A stretch of DNA of 64,000 nucleotides from a virus. Below, in pieces: positions 18,860-28,272 of the stretch; position 1 is the first letter of the stretch; each line of letters opens with the position of its first letter. The position numbers and the translations under genes were made by a program. The notes below the pieces were generated by a model. That model was not told the DNA's origin and searched no databases. It was given only the letters and a program-made list of their open reading frames with translations. The DNA lies in the IMG/VR virus record IMGVR_UViG_3300005327_000002, positions 1 through 64,000 of that record; one strand, given 5' to 3'.

Positions 18860-19941
18860 GCCGGGCACTCCTTCGTGGGGCTGGTGGCGTGGCGCTGCAG
18901 GTGGTGGCCGGGCATCAGGGCCCGGGTGCGGCCGGTGCTGGCGCTGATCTGGCGGTAGGCGATGGTGTCGGTGCCGACCTTGGCGCGGCGGCCGCCGCCG
19001 ATGCACAGCAGCACCTGGGAGCGGCGCAGGTTGGCCTCCTCCTCCGCGCGGGCGGAGCCGTTGACGGCGTCGGCGTAGGCGCGGGCCAGGTCGGGGTCCA
19101 GCTGGACGTCCTGCTCCGCGTCCGGGTCGGCGCCGGGCAGCAGCTCCTTCACGGCGTTCAGGGTGGCGCTGTGGCCGTCCAGGGGCGGCGGGGTGCCGTC
19201 CTGGAGGGACTGCACGAAGTCCTGCCCGGCGCGGCGCATCAGCTCCAGGTCCTCCTGGTCGGCCTCCACGCTGTAGTGGCGCAGGGTGTGGCCGGACATC
19301 AGGACGGCGATACGAGCGCGCTGAAGGCCCAGGATGTCCAGGTACCACAGCACCTGGCAGCGGTAGTAGACGGGGATCTGGTCGGTGCCCTCCTCCCCCC
19401 AGTCCTCCGACCGGTCGGACAGCTTGATCTCCAGCACCTCCCGGCGGCGGGCCAGGGTGGGGCAGGTGGGGCAGTGCTCGCAGCAGGGCCCGCAGTCGTC
19501 CGGGTCGCAGCAGGCGCGGGTGCACGACGGGCACGGGGAGCCCGGCGGGCACAGGCAGGAGCGGGCGCGGTGCAGGCCGCAGTCGCAGGCCGGGATCAGG
19601 ATGCGGTCGGGGGAGCCGATCTGCCACGGGCGCTTCGGGTGGGCGCGCAGGGGGACGGGGAGCATCTGCCACTGGGGGTGCAGCTGGGCGTAGCGGTCGG
19701 CCACCACGGGTTCGATCAGGCGGCCCCACATCATGCGCTCGGAGTCCTCCTGGCCCAGGGAGCGCAGCGGGGGCAGGTCGTGGCCGGGCGGGACGGCCAG
19801 GATCGCGCGCTTCTTGTGCCACAGGGAGAAGGCCGACTCCCAGGGGGACAGGCCCAGGACGGCCGCGATCTCGGAGCCGCCGAGTCCGGCGGCGCGGGCG
19901 CGGTGCCAGTCGGGTGTGCCGTGCAGGGGTGCTGTCTTCAT
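18856..19941 (-). CDS. YqaJ-like (lambda exonuclease/RecE-type) recombination nuclease with Cys-rich insertion
   Basis: WHRARAAGLGGSEIAAVLGLSPW, WG..IEP, SPD...LEIK, YYRCQVLWY. Confidence 0.88.
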   Translation of the reverse strand: MKTAPLHGTPDWHRARAAGLGGSEIAAVLGLSPWESAFSLWHKKRAILAVPPGHDLPPLRSLGQEDSERMMWGRLIEPVVADRYAQLHPQWQMLPVPLRAHPKRPWQIGSPDRILIPACDCGLHRARSCLCPPGSPCPSCTRACCDPDDCGPCCEHCPTCPTLARRREVLEIKLSDRSEDWGEEGTDQIPVYYRCQVLWYLDILGLQRARIAVLMSGHTLRHYSVEADQEDLELMRRAGQDFVQSLQDGTPPPLDGHSATLNAVKELLPGADPDAEQDVQLDPDLARAYADAVNGSARAEEEANLRRSQVLLCIGGGRRAKVGTDTIAYRQISASTGRTRALMPGHHLQRHATSPTKECPA

Positions 19942-19976
19942 GTCGTCACCGTAGGTATCTGCTCGGACACTGCCGG

Positions 19977-20531
19977 TCAGGAGGTGCGGGCGGCGGCCGG
20001 GGGAGCGACGGCCCGCAGGGGCGGGGGCACCAGCTCGAAGGAGGCCTGTGCGCCGATGCACCCGCCCGCCGGGCCGATCTGCCGGACCTCCGACAGGCCG
20101 ATGGCGTAGGGCTTCAGCGGGGCGCAGCAGGTCAGGGCCTGCTGGACCAGCAGTTCGTCCCAGGCGGTGTCCGCCGTGAAGGCGGTCATGTCGGCGCAGG
20201 GCAGGCCGTTCTTCGGCTCCGGCCAGCAGCGCACCACCCCGGCCTGCACCTCCCACACCTCCTGGCGGCGCACCCCGCAGGCCGCGCCGCCGAAGCCGCG
20301 CTGGGGCGGGAGGGCGTCGAAGCGGCGGCGGGCCAGGCGGATGAACGCGGTACCGGCGCCGGTGTCGCACTTGCAGTGGCAGCCGTAGGCCAGGGGGCCG
20401 CGCTGGCCGGGAATCCACCAGCAGCAGCACACGCCGCGCCCGGCGGCGGCCAGGGTGTCGCACAGGCACTGCAGGACGGCGCGCAGGACGGTCTCCGCGC
20501 GGGGGTCGCCCTGGATCGGGGGCTGGGTCAC
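19977..20531 (-). CDS. Putative tail terminator / head-tail completion protein, Cys-rich
   Basis: Position after adaptor; actinophage-type V.AGVVRC and GP.GGC.G motifs. Confidence 0.6.
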   Translation of the reverse strand: MTQPPIQGDPRAETVLRAVLQCLCDTLAAAGRGVCCCWWIPGQRGPLAYGCHCKCDTGAGTAFIRLARRRFDALPPQRGFGGAACGVRRQEVWEVQAGVVRCWPEPKNGLPCADMTAFTADTAWDELLVQQALTCCAPLKPYAIGLSEVRQIGPAGGCIGAQASFELVPPPLRAVAPPAAARTS

Positions 20532-21442
20532 GTGGTCGTCTCCGGGGAGCAGCAGCGGGGGATGGGCGGGGCGTCCTTGATCCGGTCGAATTCGGAGACG
20601 CCCCGGAAGGTCCAGCGGGGAAGGTCGGGGCTGTACAGGCGGGCGATCTGGCGGCGGCGCTGGCCGTTGGGACCGGGCGGGTTGACGATGTCCAGCCATT
20701 CGTCCGCCTCCGGCACGCCGGTGTCACCGGCGCCCGGGGTCAGGTCCCACTCCACCCCGTCGCGGGAGACCCGGGTGGCGCCCTTCAGGGCGCCTTCGCA
20801 GGAGGGATCGCACATGCGCCGATAGAGGGCGCAGGCCAGCGCGGAGACGGCCCGGATCGCGTCGGGGTCCGCCGCCGGGTCGATCCCCCGCAGGTAGCGC
20901 ACGCAAAAGGACCCCTCCTGGGCGCAGGTGGCGCGGAAGTTCTGGGAGTGCGGCCAGCAGCCGTCCGTCCGGATCAGGCGGCCCTCCCCGTCCACCCACC
21001 AGTCGGCGGGGTCCAGCTCGCAGCCGTCCATCGTCACGGCCAGCACGCGGGCGACCGGCCCGGGCAGCGGCAGGGCGCACCCGACGTCGCAGGCGCAGGA
21101 GCACCCGCAGTTGTACATCCGGCCGTCGGCGACGTACGGGCGCAGCACCGGGTTGAAGTAGGAGCCCGCGCCGTAGGGCCCGCAGCCGACCGGCTGGCGG
21201 CACTGGGTGGGGCCGCAGGGTCTCAGCAGGTCTTCGCACAGCCCCCAGCGGAACGCGGTCAGCGCCCGCAGGCGGCTGGAGGCGATGGCCTGGGCGGACA
21301 GGGCGCGCCGTTCGCTGGCGGTCAGCTCCCGGTCCGGGCGGCCGGTGGTGATCTCCTCCCACGTGTCCGGCCAGTCGGAGCAACAGCACGGGTCGATTGG
21401 CCACGCGCAGCACGGCGTGGTCTCGGGTCCCCGGTAGGCCAC
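20528..21442 (-). CDS. Head-to-tail adaptor
   Basis: LRALT..RWGLC...LRPC, LPGPV..V..V..DG, VSRDGV, TGVPEAD.WL..VNP motifs of actinophage adaptors. Confidence 0.7.
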   Translation of the reverse strand: MAYRGPETTPCCAWPIDPCCCSDWPDTWEEITTGRPDRELTASERRALSAQAIASSRLRALTAFRWGLCEDLLRPCGPTQCRQPVGCGPYGAGSYFNPVLRPYVADGRMYNCGCSCACDVGCALPLPGPVARVLAVTMDGCELDPADWWVDGEGRLIRTDGCWPHSQNFRATCAQEGSFCVRYLRGIDPAADPDAIRAVSALACALYRRMCDPSCEGALKGATRVSRDGVEWDLTPGAGDTGVPEADEWLDIVNPPGPNGQRRRQIARLYSPDLPRWTFRGVSEFDRIKDAPPIPRCCSPETTT

Positions 21443-21554
21443 GGGGGGCTCCTCTCGAACGTGGGAGCGCCCCGCCTCCGGGTCTCGGGTCCGGGTGGCG
21501 GGGCGCGGGTCCCCGGCCCGGCGCCTCCCCTGGTGTGGGCGCCGGGCCGGGGTG

Positions 21555-22874
21555 CTACTTGGACGCCGCCCCGGCGGGGGCCAGCGCCGCCGGGGGCGCG
21601 GCGTCGGCCGGGATCGGCGCGTAGGTGACCTGGCACTGGGAGATGGACTTGCGCTTGGCCCAGGACGCGCAGACCCGGTAGCGGCCCGGGTACTTGTAGT
21701 CGTGGGTCAAGGTCGCCTTGCCGGTGGACTGGGAGACCTTCGCGGAGGACGTCTGCTGGTCGCCCCAGTCGATCACCACGTCAACGTCCTGCTGCGGCGT
21801 CATCTTGTACGCCTGCGCGGGCAGGGTGACCTCCAGGCTGACGCGGTTGGGGTGGGTCGCGTCGTCGGCGGCCGTGAAGGCCAGCACCGGCTTGTCCCCG
21901 GTGGCCGGGTCCGGCAGCGGCAGGGGCAGCGGGCCGATCTGGCGGCAGACGGTGGGCTCCGTCTTGTCGCACACCTTGATCGTGACCGGGTCGGCCACGG
22001 TGCCCGCGTAGGTGTGGCTGACCGTGGTCAGCTCCGCGACGTCCTGGACCGGGGTTCCGTCGCCCCAGTCGACGGTGACCGGGCCCAGGCCCGCGTTGTC
22101 GGCCATCAGCCGCGCGGTGCGGCGGGGCGACTCCCCGTCCACGCCGGTGACCACCACGGTGGCGGGCTCCGGGATCGGGCGGGGCACCTCCTCGCAGTCG
22201 CAGGAGGCCTGTGGCGGCGGGAGCGTGACGATGCCCTCCCAGAACGGTTCGTCCAGGGCCGGGTCAAAGGCGTCCGGGAGCCCGGCCGGGACGCCTTCGG
22301 ACAGCGTGATCTGGTAGGGGCCCTTGCCCCAGCGGGTGCCCGTCTTCGTCCGGCCGGTCATGACGAAGGACACTTCGTCGGTGCCGCCCATGGTCAGGTC
22401 GCCCGGGGTGCCGCCGGTCACCCAGGGGTAGACGCGGTAGTACCAGGCGCCCACGCCGTCCTCACCGGTGCAGGCGTCATTGCTGCCCCCGGCGGAGGCC
22501 CACACCTCCACGGCGTACCCGGCGGAGCACTCGATCTTGTTGTTGGCGAACAGGCCGATGACCTCACCGGTGGCGGGGTCGAAGGACGCGCGCAGGCCCG
22601 GGTTCATGATCCGGAAGCCGTCCATGCTGATCTGCGACCAGGTCACCTCCAGCGTGTGGAAGTTGACGGTGTCGCAGCCCGCGCGGGTGTAGCAGGGCTT
22701 GCCGTCGAAGCCGGTCTGGGTCCGGGTGTCGGCGGTGGTGACGTCGGCGGAGTCCGCGATGGTCGCAATGCAGCGGGAGACGACCGCGCAGGCCCCGTAG
22801 ATCGGGCGCCCGCAGGCGTCCACGGGGGTGATCCGGACCACTTCCCACTGGTCCGGGATGAGACAGGTACCCAT
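21555..22874 (-). CDS. Major tail (tube) protein with two C-terminal PKD/Ig-like domains
   Basis: RITPVDACGRP, A.EVW, Y.VYPWV, WGKGPY; VDWGDG...SHTY and IDWGD...THDYKYPG PKD signatures. Confidence 0.75.
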   Translation of the reverse strand: MGTCLIPDQWEVVRITPVDACGRPIYGACAVVSRCIATIADSADVTTADTRTQTGFDGKPCYTRAGCDTVNFHTLEVTWSQISMDGFRIMNPGLRASFDPATGEVIGLFANNKIECSAGYAVEVWASAGGSNDACTGEDGVGAWYYRVYPWVTGGTPGDLTMGGTDEVSFVMTGRTKTGTRWGKGPYQITLSEGVPAGLPDAFDPALDEPFWEGIVTLPPPQASCDCEEVPRPIPEPATVVVTGVDGESPRRTARLMADNAGLGPVTVDWGDGTPVQDVAELTTVSHTYAGTVADPVTIKVCDKTEPTVCRQIGPLPLPLPDPATGDKPVLAFTAADDATHPNRVSLEVTLPAQAYKMTPQQDVDVVIDWGDQQTSSAKVSQSTGKATLTHDYKYPGRYRVCASWAKRKSISQCQVTYAPIPADAAPPAALAPAGAASK

Positions 22875-22875
22875 G

Positions 22876-23700
22876 TCAGCCTCCAGGAGGTGGGGTCGGG
22901 GCGCAGGTCGGGAGGTTCACTACGGCGGCCAGGCAGTCGGCGGTGGCCACGAAGGTCCGTTCCGCGATGCCCAGGTGCTCATTGGTGGCGTGGTCCACGT
23001 CGGAGTTGGCGAAGGGGTTGCTGCGCCACAGCGTGACCTGGCCGGTGATCAGGACGGGCGTGGTCGTGGGGACCGGGTCCACCGCCGGGTCGGAGTACCC
23101 GGCACCGGCGACCACCGGGGTGCCCCAGGTCGTCTCCAGGCCGGTGGCGGTGCGCACCAGCATGTGCTGGCGGGTCATCTCCGGCACCAGGCGGACGGGG
23201 ACGTGCAGGACGGGCCGCCCGGCGTAGTGACCGGCGGCCCAGGACTCCAGCAGGCCCAGGGCGCAGGCCAGCTGGGTGTCCCCGTCGGGCGGGGTGGGGA
23301 CGGTGTGCAGGTCTTCGCGGGCCAGCTGGTCGCGCCAGAAGACCTGCTCCAGGCGGTACTGGTCGCCCCGGGACAGCTGCGCCAGGGCCTCCTGCCGGGA
23401 GTCGAAGCCGGGCTGCGTGCACACCGTCCCGGAGTGGACGGTGCGCGGGGCGCCGGTGACGCGCACCGGCCGGAAGGGGGTGAATTCCTTGTCCGACCCC
23501 TCCACCGGGCAGAAGCCGTCCAGGGAGCCGGTCTCCAGGTTGCAGTTGGGGCTCCAGTACTCCACGCCCCGTTCGAAGGTCCCGGCCGGGGGCGGCGCCC
23601 CTTCGGCCGCCTGGGAGGGCAGGCCGAAGGGGCGCGGCTGGGCCGCCGGGGGTGCCACCGTGAACCGGACATCGGTCCCCGGGATGGGCGGCGTGCTCAC
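22876..23700 (-). CDS. Second capsid protein (major capsid pentamer-like)
   Basis: Directly follows capsid gene; ALGLLE, T.WGTPVVAGAGY, TG.V..WRS, N....AER motifs. Confidence 0.6.
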   Translation of the reverse strand: MSTPPIPGTDVRFTVAPPAAQPRPFGLPSQAAEGAPPPAGTFERGVEYWSPNCNLETGSLDGFCPVEGSDKEFTPFRPVRVTGAPRTVHSGTVCTQPGFDSRQEALAQLSRGDQYRLEQVFWRDQLAREDLHTVPTPPDGDTQLACALGLLESWAAGHYAGRPVLHVPVRLVPEMTRQHMLVRTATGLETTWGTPVVAGAGYSDPAVDPVPTTTPVLITGQVTLWRSNPFANSDVDHATNEHLGIAERTFVATADCLAAVVNLPTCAPTPPPGG

Positions 23701-23726
23701 GGGTCACTCCTCCAGGTCGGCCCGGG

Positions 23727-25898
23727 TCACTTCTTCGTGGACCGGGTGGAGACGGCGGCGCTGGCGGCCAGCCCGGCCGCCGCCGACGTCTTGCCCGTCT
23801 TCAGGACCGGGGAGGACTTGCCCCCGGGGCCCACGGCCACGAACTCCACTTCGTAGGTGGTGTCCGCGTCCAGTCCGGTGAAGGTGTGGCTGGTCGAGCT
23901 GGCGCCCTTGGCGGTCACCGCCGACCAGGTCCCGGTGGAGGCCGGGGTCCGGTACCGCAGTTCGTAGCCGGTGATGTCTCCTCCGGTGGCGGGGGCGTCC
24001 CAGGTGGCCGTCAGGCTGGAGGATGTCGGGGTCCCGACGGCCGCAGACTCGGGGGAGGCGGGCGCCTCCGCCGCCGGAGCGGTGGGCGGGGGCCCGTAGC
24101 AGGGCCCCGGGTTCAGCGGGTACTCCGCGAAGCCGCCGGAGACGCCGCCCGGGCAGAACGGCACCTTGAAGGCCGCGATGGGCCCGCAGCGGTAGGCCAC
24201 GCAGTACATGTCCTCCGCGAACAGGCGGATCTCCCGGTTCTGGGACAGGAGCGCCTTGTCGTGCACCATCTCGATCTGGACGGACGGGCCGTTGATCGCC
24301 ACGAAGGCGCCCGCCTTGTACATCATGAACTCGAAGCTGGTCGGCCAGGCGGTGACCGCCCCGGCGGCGCCGATCGCGTCGTCCTGCCAGTCCCACACGA
24401 ACTGGGCGCGGATGCCCCGGGAGAGCAGGTACCGCTGCAGGTCGGCGTCGGTGATGTCGTAGCGGGAGCGGTCCCAGCCGCCCTTCTTCGACAGGTCGGC
24501 GCGCATGATCCCCAGCGCGAAGCGCGGGAAGACGGCCTCCAGGGTCGTGTTCAGCGCCAGGCGGCGGCGGGTGCGGATGTGCTCCGCCTGCAGCTCCACG
24601 AAGGAGAGCAGCGACTCGAACGCGCCCGGGCCGTGGGTGGCCCAGTCGGTCGCACCGGCGCCGGTGGTCATGTCGGTGTACGCGCCGCTGGTCGCCTTGA
24701 TCTTGTTGTAGACGGCCCGGATGCGCTTGGCGTTCAGGGACCGCTGGTGGGCGATCATCAGTTCCGCGATGGCCCGCTGAACCTGGGACGGGTCGATGCG
24801 GGCCTGCAGGATGCCGGTCTCCAGGCACAGGGAGCAGGCGGTGAGGCGGCACTCGTCCCAGCCGTCGGGGCAGGGGATGGAGACGCACGGCTTGTTGACG
24901 GCCACCGGCGGGTCGTCGGTGGTCATCATGTCTTCGGTGAAGCAGTACGACCGGTAGAGCGCGCTGTAATCCGTGTTGTGCGGCCACATGACGCCGCCAC
25001 GGGTGGTGACCATCGTCGGGAGGTCCAGCATCGCGTCCAGGCTGCCCTCAATCGGGCACAGCTCCGTGCGGATCTCCATGGGCCCGCACCAGGCCCAGCC
25101 GACGGTGGCGGCGGTGAGCGCGTTCATCTGCGCGGTGGGCAGCACGCTGGAGGCCGACAGGCCCGGCACCGAGTTCATGCGCTTCAGGAGCGCGGCGGCC
25201 AGGGAGCCGCCGGGCATGGAGAACTCGTCGGCGGCCGCGTCCATGCGGTGCCAGTCGCGCATCTCGTCCGCGATCAGGTGCGTCTCCGGGACCTGGCGCT
25301 GCAGGGAGACGACCGGGACCTGCCGACCGGCGCCGGAGCGGGCCAGGGTCCGGGAGCGGGAGATGACAGCGGCGGTCAGGTCCGTCATGGACCCGATGGT
25401 CTGGCCGGAGAAGAAGCCCGGCAGGTCGCTGGAGGCGACCATCTGAATGGCCTCCCGGCGCACCACCGGCAGGCTGGCGCCCTGGTGGCTGACCACGGTG
25501 CCGGTGTGCACGGAGCCGCCGGAGGCCGCCACGGTGCCGGAGCCGCCGGTGCCGTCGGACAGGACCTTCGTGGAGGCGATGCGCTCCGCCAGCTTGGCGG
25601 CGTGCTCCGCGCGGGCGGCCTTCTCCCGCTGCTCCTCGATCGCCTCCACCCGGACGGAGATCGCGTCGGAGATGTCCGCCAGAAGGGCGAACTCCACCAG
25701 CGCCTCCGGCGTGATGTCGGAGGCCTCCGGGTTCACGTTGCGGGCCTTCTCCGTGACGGCGGCGGTCACGGCCGTCAGGTCCACGGCGGAGTTGGACAGG
25801 ATCTCCGCCAACAGGAGCTTGCGGGCGTCGGCCTGGTCTTCGGGGCCCAGGTCCCCGTCTACGTCACGGAGTTGCGTGAGGATGTCGTCCAGAGTCAC
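23727..25898 (-). CDS. Major capsid protein (hexamer-like) with N-terminal scaffold-like coil and C-terminal fibronectin type III domain
   Basis: GWAWC.P.E...LC...S.D.MLDLP.....RGG, KPC..IPCP; FN3 signature SLTATWDAP...ITGYELRYR...FTGLDADTTYEV. Confidence 0.8.
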   Translation of the reverse strand: MTLDDILTQLRDVDGDLGPEDQADARKLLLAEILSNSAVDLTAVTAAVTEKARNVNPEASDITPEALVEFALLADISDAISVRVEAIEEQREKAARAEHAAKLAERIASTKVLSDGTGGSGTVAASGGSVHTGTVVSHQGASLPVVRREAIQMVASSDLPGFFSGQTIGSMTDLTAAVISRSRTLARSGAGRQVPVVSLQRQVPETHLIADEMRDWHRMDAAADEFSMPGGSLAAALLKRMNSVPGLSASSVLPTAQMNALTAATVGWAWCGPMEIRTELCPIEGSLDAMLDLPTMVTTRGGVMWPHNTDYSALYRSYCFTEDMMTTDDPPVAVNKPCVSIPCPDGWDECRLTACSLCLETGILQARIDPSQVQRAIAELMIAHQRSLNAKRIRAVYNKIKATSGAYTDMTTGAGATDWATHGPGAFESLLSFVELQAEHIRTRRRLALNTTLEAVFPRFALGIMRADLSKKGGWDRSRYDITDADLQRYLLSRGIRAQFVWDWQDDAIGAAGAVTAWPTSFEFMMYKAGAFVAINGPSVQIEMVHDKALLSQNREIRLFAEDMYCVAYRCGPIAAFKVPFCPGGVSGGFAEYPLNPGPCYGPPPTAPAAEAPASPESAAVGTPTSSSLTATWDAPATGGDITGYELRYRTPASTGTWSAVTAKGASSTSHTFTGLDADTTYEVEFVAVGPGGKSSPVLKTGKTSAAAGLAASAAVSTRSTKK

Positions 25899-25959
25899 GT
25901 GGACGCGCCCCCCTTCATGGTGATGGGTCGGGTACGTGGCTCGCCCGGCCCAGAGTCAC

Positions 25960-26045
25960 CAGCGGCGCGTCCGCCTTACATGGTAGGCCGGATTCCGCAT
26001 TTCTGGCTGATAGTGATGGGTGATAGCGCTCTGTATTCTCGGGAT
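25960..26045. promoter_or_regulatory. AT-richer divergent control region between capsid and portal operons
   Basis: Local GC drop between divergent late genes; boxes not firmly assigned. Confidence 0.4.
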
Positions 26046-26366
26046 GTGGTCGAAATCATCCTGATCGTGACACTTGCGACATTGGCGACAGCCCGTCTGA
26101 ACCGGCTGATCACCACCGACCGGATCACCAACAGGCTGCGCACCTGGGCCACCCGCCCGCGCGACCCGCAGGACCCCTCCCAGGGGGCCCGCCACCCGAT
26201 GCTGGGATACCTGGTCACCTGTACCTGGTGCGTCGGCATCTGGACCGCCGCCGCCACCACCGCGTACGCCTTCGCCCTCACCGGCTGGCCCTGGCCCTGG
26301 TACCCCCTGGTGCTCCTGGCCGCCGCCTACGCCTCCGCCCTGCTGGCCACCCACGCGGAGGGCTGA
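26046..26366 (+). CDS. DUF1360-like membrane protein
   Basis: ATARLNRLITTDRIT...LVTCTWCVGIW motif. Confidence 0.7.
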   Translation: MVEIILIVTLATLATARLNRLITTDRITNRLRTWATRPRDPQDPSQGARHPMLGYLVTCTWCVGIWTAAATTAYAFALTGWPWPWYPLVLLAAAYASALLATHAEG

Positions 26367-26369
26367 CCC

Positions 26370-28271
26370 GTGCGCCGTCCAGCATCACCCGGCCGCCGTC
26401 TCACGGCCTCCTCCATGCTGGACCCGCGCAGCGTCGGCGGGATCATCCCGACCCGGGGTGAGGGCAGCAGGCCCTGGGACCTCTACCGGCAGGTGCCGGA
26501 GCTGCGCTCCGGAATCCAGTGGCTGGCCGCCGCGATCAGCCGGGCCGACCTGTACGTGGCCCGCATCGAACCGGAGGGCCCGGTCCGGGAGGACGATCCG
26601 GAGATCACGTGCGTGCTGGACGAACTGTTCAGCACCGGCCCGTCCATGTCGGACATGCTGAAGCGGATGATCCTCCACCTGGAGTGCCCCGGGGAAACGT
26701 TCCTGGCGCCCTGGGTGGACGACCGGATGGGCCGGGTCTGGTCGGTGGCCTCCGCGAAGGAGCTGCGCTCCAACGGCTCCGGGCAGGTCGAGTACCAGCG
26801 GGACCTGAACGTGTGGGTGCCCTGCGACGGGAAGGTGGGCCGGATCTGGCACGCCGACCCGGAGGAGGGCTGGCGCGCCGACTCCCCCGTGGTCGCCATG
26901 GAGTCGATCCTGCACAACATCATCTCCCTGACCGCCCGCCTGACCGCCATCGGCCAGTCCCGGGCGGCGGGCAACGGCCTGCTGGGCATCGCCGACACCC
27001 TCTCCGTGCAGTCGCCCGCCAGCGAAGGCGTCAACCCGATCCACAGCCGCGACATCGCCACCTCCCTGGAGGACGCGATGGTGGCGCCCATGACGGACCG
27101 GGGCCTGGCCTCCTCCGTCGTGCCGCTGCTCCTGGTCGGCCCGAAGGAGGACCTGAAGGACGGCATCATCCGCGTCAATTTGGCCTCCGACCTGGACGCG
27201 CAGCTGCCCGACCAGCTGGACCAGGCGCTGCGCCGACTGGGCATCTCCCTGGCCATCCCGCCGGACGTGCTGACCGGCCTGGGGGAGGTGAACCACTGGT
27301 CCGGCGCGGTCATCCTGGAGGAGGCCGTGCAGGTCGCGGTGGAGCCCCGCACCGACACGGTGTGCGCGGCCTTCACGTCGATGTTCCTGCGGCCGCACGT
27401 GGAGAAGCTGGGCCTGGACCCGGCGTCGTACGCGGTGCTGGCCGACCTGATGGACCTCACCGTCAAGCCCGACAAGTCGCAGTCCGCGATGACCGCCCGC
27501 CAGCAGGGCCTGCTGACGGACGAAGCCTGGGCCCGCTACAGCGGCTTTGAGGAGTCCGACGTGCCGAAGGGCAAGGACCGGGAGCGCATCCTGCTGGAGC
27601 GCGTCATGCTCGCCGACCCGACCACCGCGCCGTTCATCCTGCCGAAGCTGGGCATCAGCGTGCCGGGCCTGACCGCCGCGCCGGTGCAGGCCGACCCGGA
27701 GGAGGACCTGCCGACGGCCGGGGACGTGGAGCCCGCGCTGGACACCGTCGCGCCGCCGGAGCGGCTGCCCACGCCCGGCCAGGGCGGCCGGGTGCTCCCC
27801 TCCCCGTCCCCCTCCCCCGAGATCGCCCCGCCGGACGCCGCGCACCGCACCCAGCCCCTGACCCGGGCGGCGCTGGCAGCGTCCGTGCTGACCGACCCGG
27901 AGGCGGAGGACGACGCGGCCAACGACGTGGAGGAGCAGGTGGTCACCGCCGTGGAGGCCTGCGTGCTGGCCGCCCTGGACCGCGCGGGGGCGCGCCTGCT
28001 GCGCTCCCACTCCCGGTCCCACCGGGCCGGGCTGCGGGAGGTGCCGAACGCTGAGATGCACCTGCACCTGCCGGTCACCGCGTCACTGAAGGCGCACATG
28101 CTGAAGGGCGCGTTCGCCCCGTGGGAGCAGTCCATGCCGCGCCTGGCACTGATGGCCGACTCCTACGTGGGGTACCTGCTGGACAATCGCGTCCGGCACT
28201 CCCGGGAGCTGCTGAAGGAGACCCTGTACCGGCTCTCCGACCACTGGGACCAGCAGGGAGAGGCGGCCTGA
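26370..28271 (+). CDS. Phage portal protein
   Basis: WDLYRQVPELR....WLA.AISR, W..DP......DSP, SRAAGNGLL, RRL...L.IPP.VLTG.G..NHWS. Confidence 0.8.
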   Translation: MRRPASPGRRLTASSMLDPRSVGGIIPTRGEGSRPWDLYRQVPELRSGIQWLAAAISRADLYVARIEPEGPVREDDPEITCVLDELFSTGPSMSDMLKRMILHLECPGETFLAPWVDDRMGRVWSVASAKELRSNGSGQVEYQRDLNVWVPCDGKVGRIWHADPEEGWRADSPVVAMESILHNIISLTARLTAIGQSRAAGNGLLGIADTLSVQSPASEGVNPIHSRDIATSLEDAMVAPMTDRGLASSVVPLLLVGPKEDLKDGIIRVNLASDLDAQLPDQLDQALRRLGISLAIPPDVLTGLGEVNHWSGAVILEEAVQVAVEPRTDTVCAAFTSMFLRPHVEKLGLDPASYAVLADLMDLTVKPDKSQSAMTARQQGLLTDEAWARYSGFEESDVPKGKDRERILLERVMLADPTTAPFILPKLGISVPGLTAAPVQADPEEDLPTAGDVEPALDTVAPPERLPTPGQGGRVLPSPSPSPEIAPPDAAHRTQPLTRAALAASVLTDPEAEDDAANDVEEQVVTAVEACVLAALDRAGARLLRSHSRSHRAGLREVPNAEMHLHLPVTASLKAHMLKGAFAPWEQSMPRLALMADSYVGYLLDNRVRHSRELLKETLYRLSDHWDQQGEAA

Positions 28272-28272
28272 C

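Noticed and set aside
19462-19587. Cys-rich insert as an intein or intron
   Set aside because: Too short, no terminal HN-C/S/T splice motif, frame stays open
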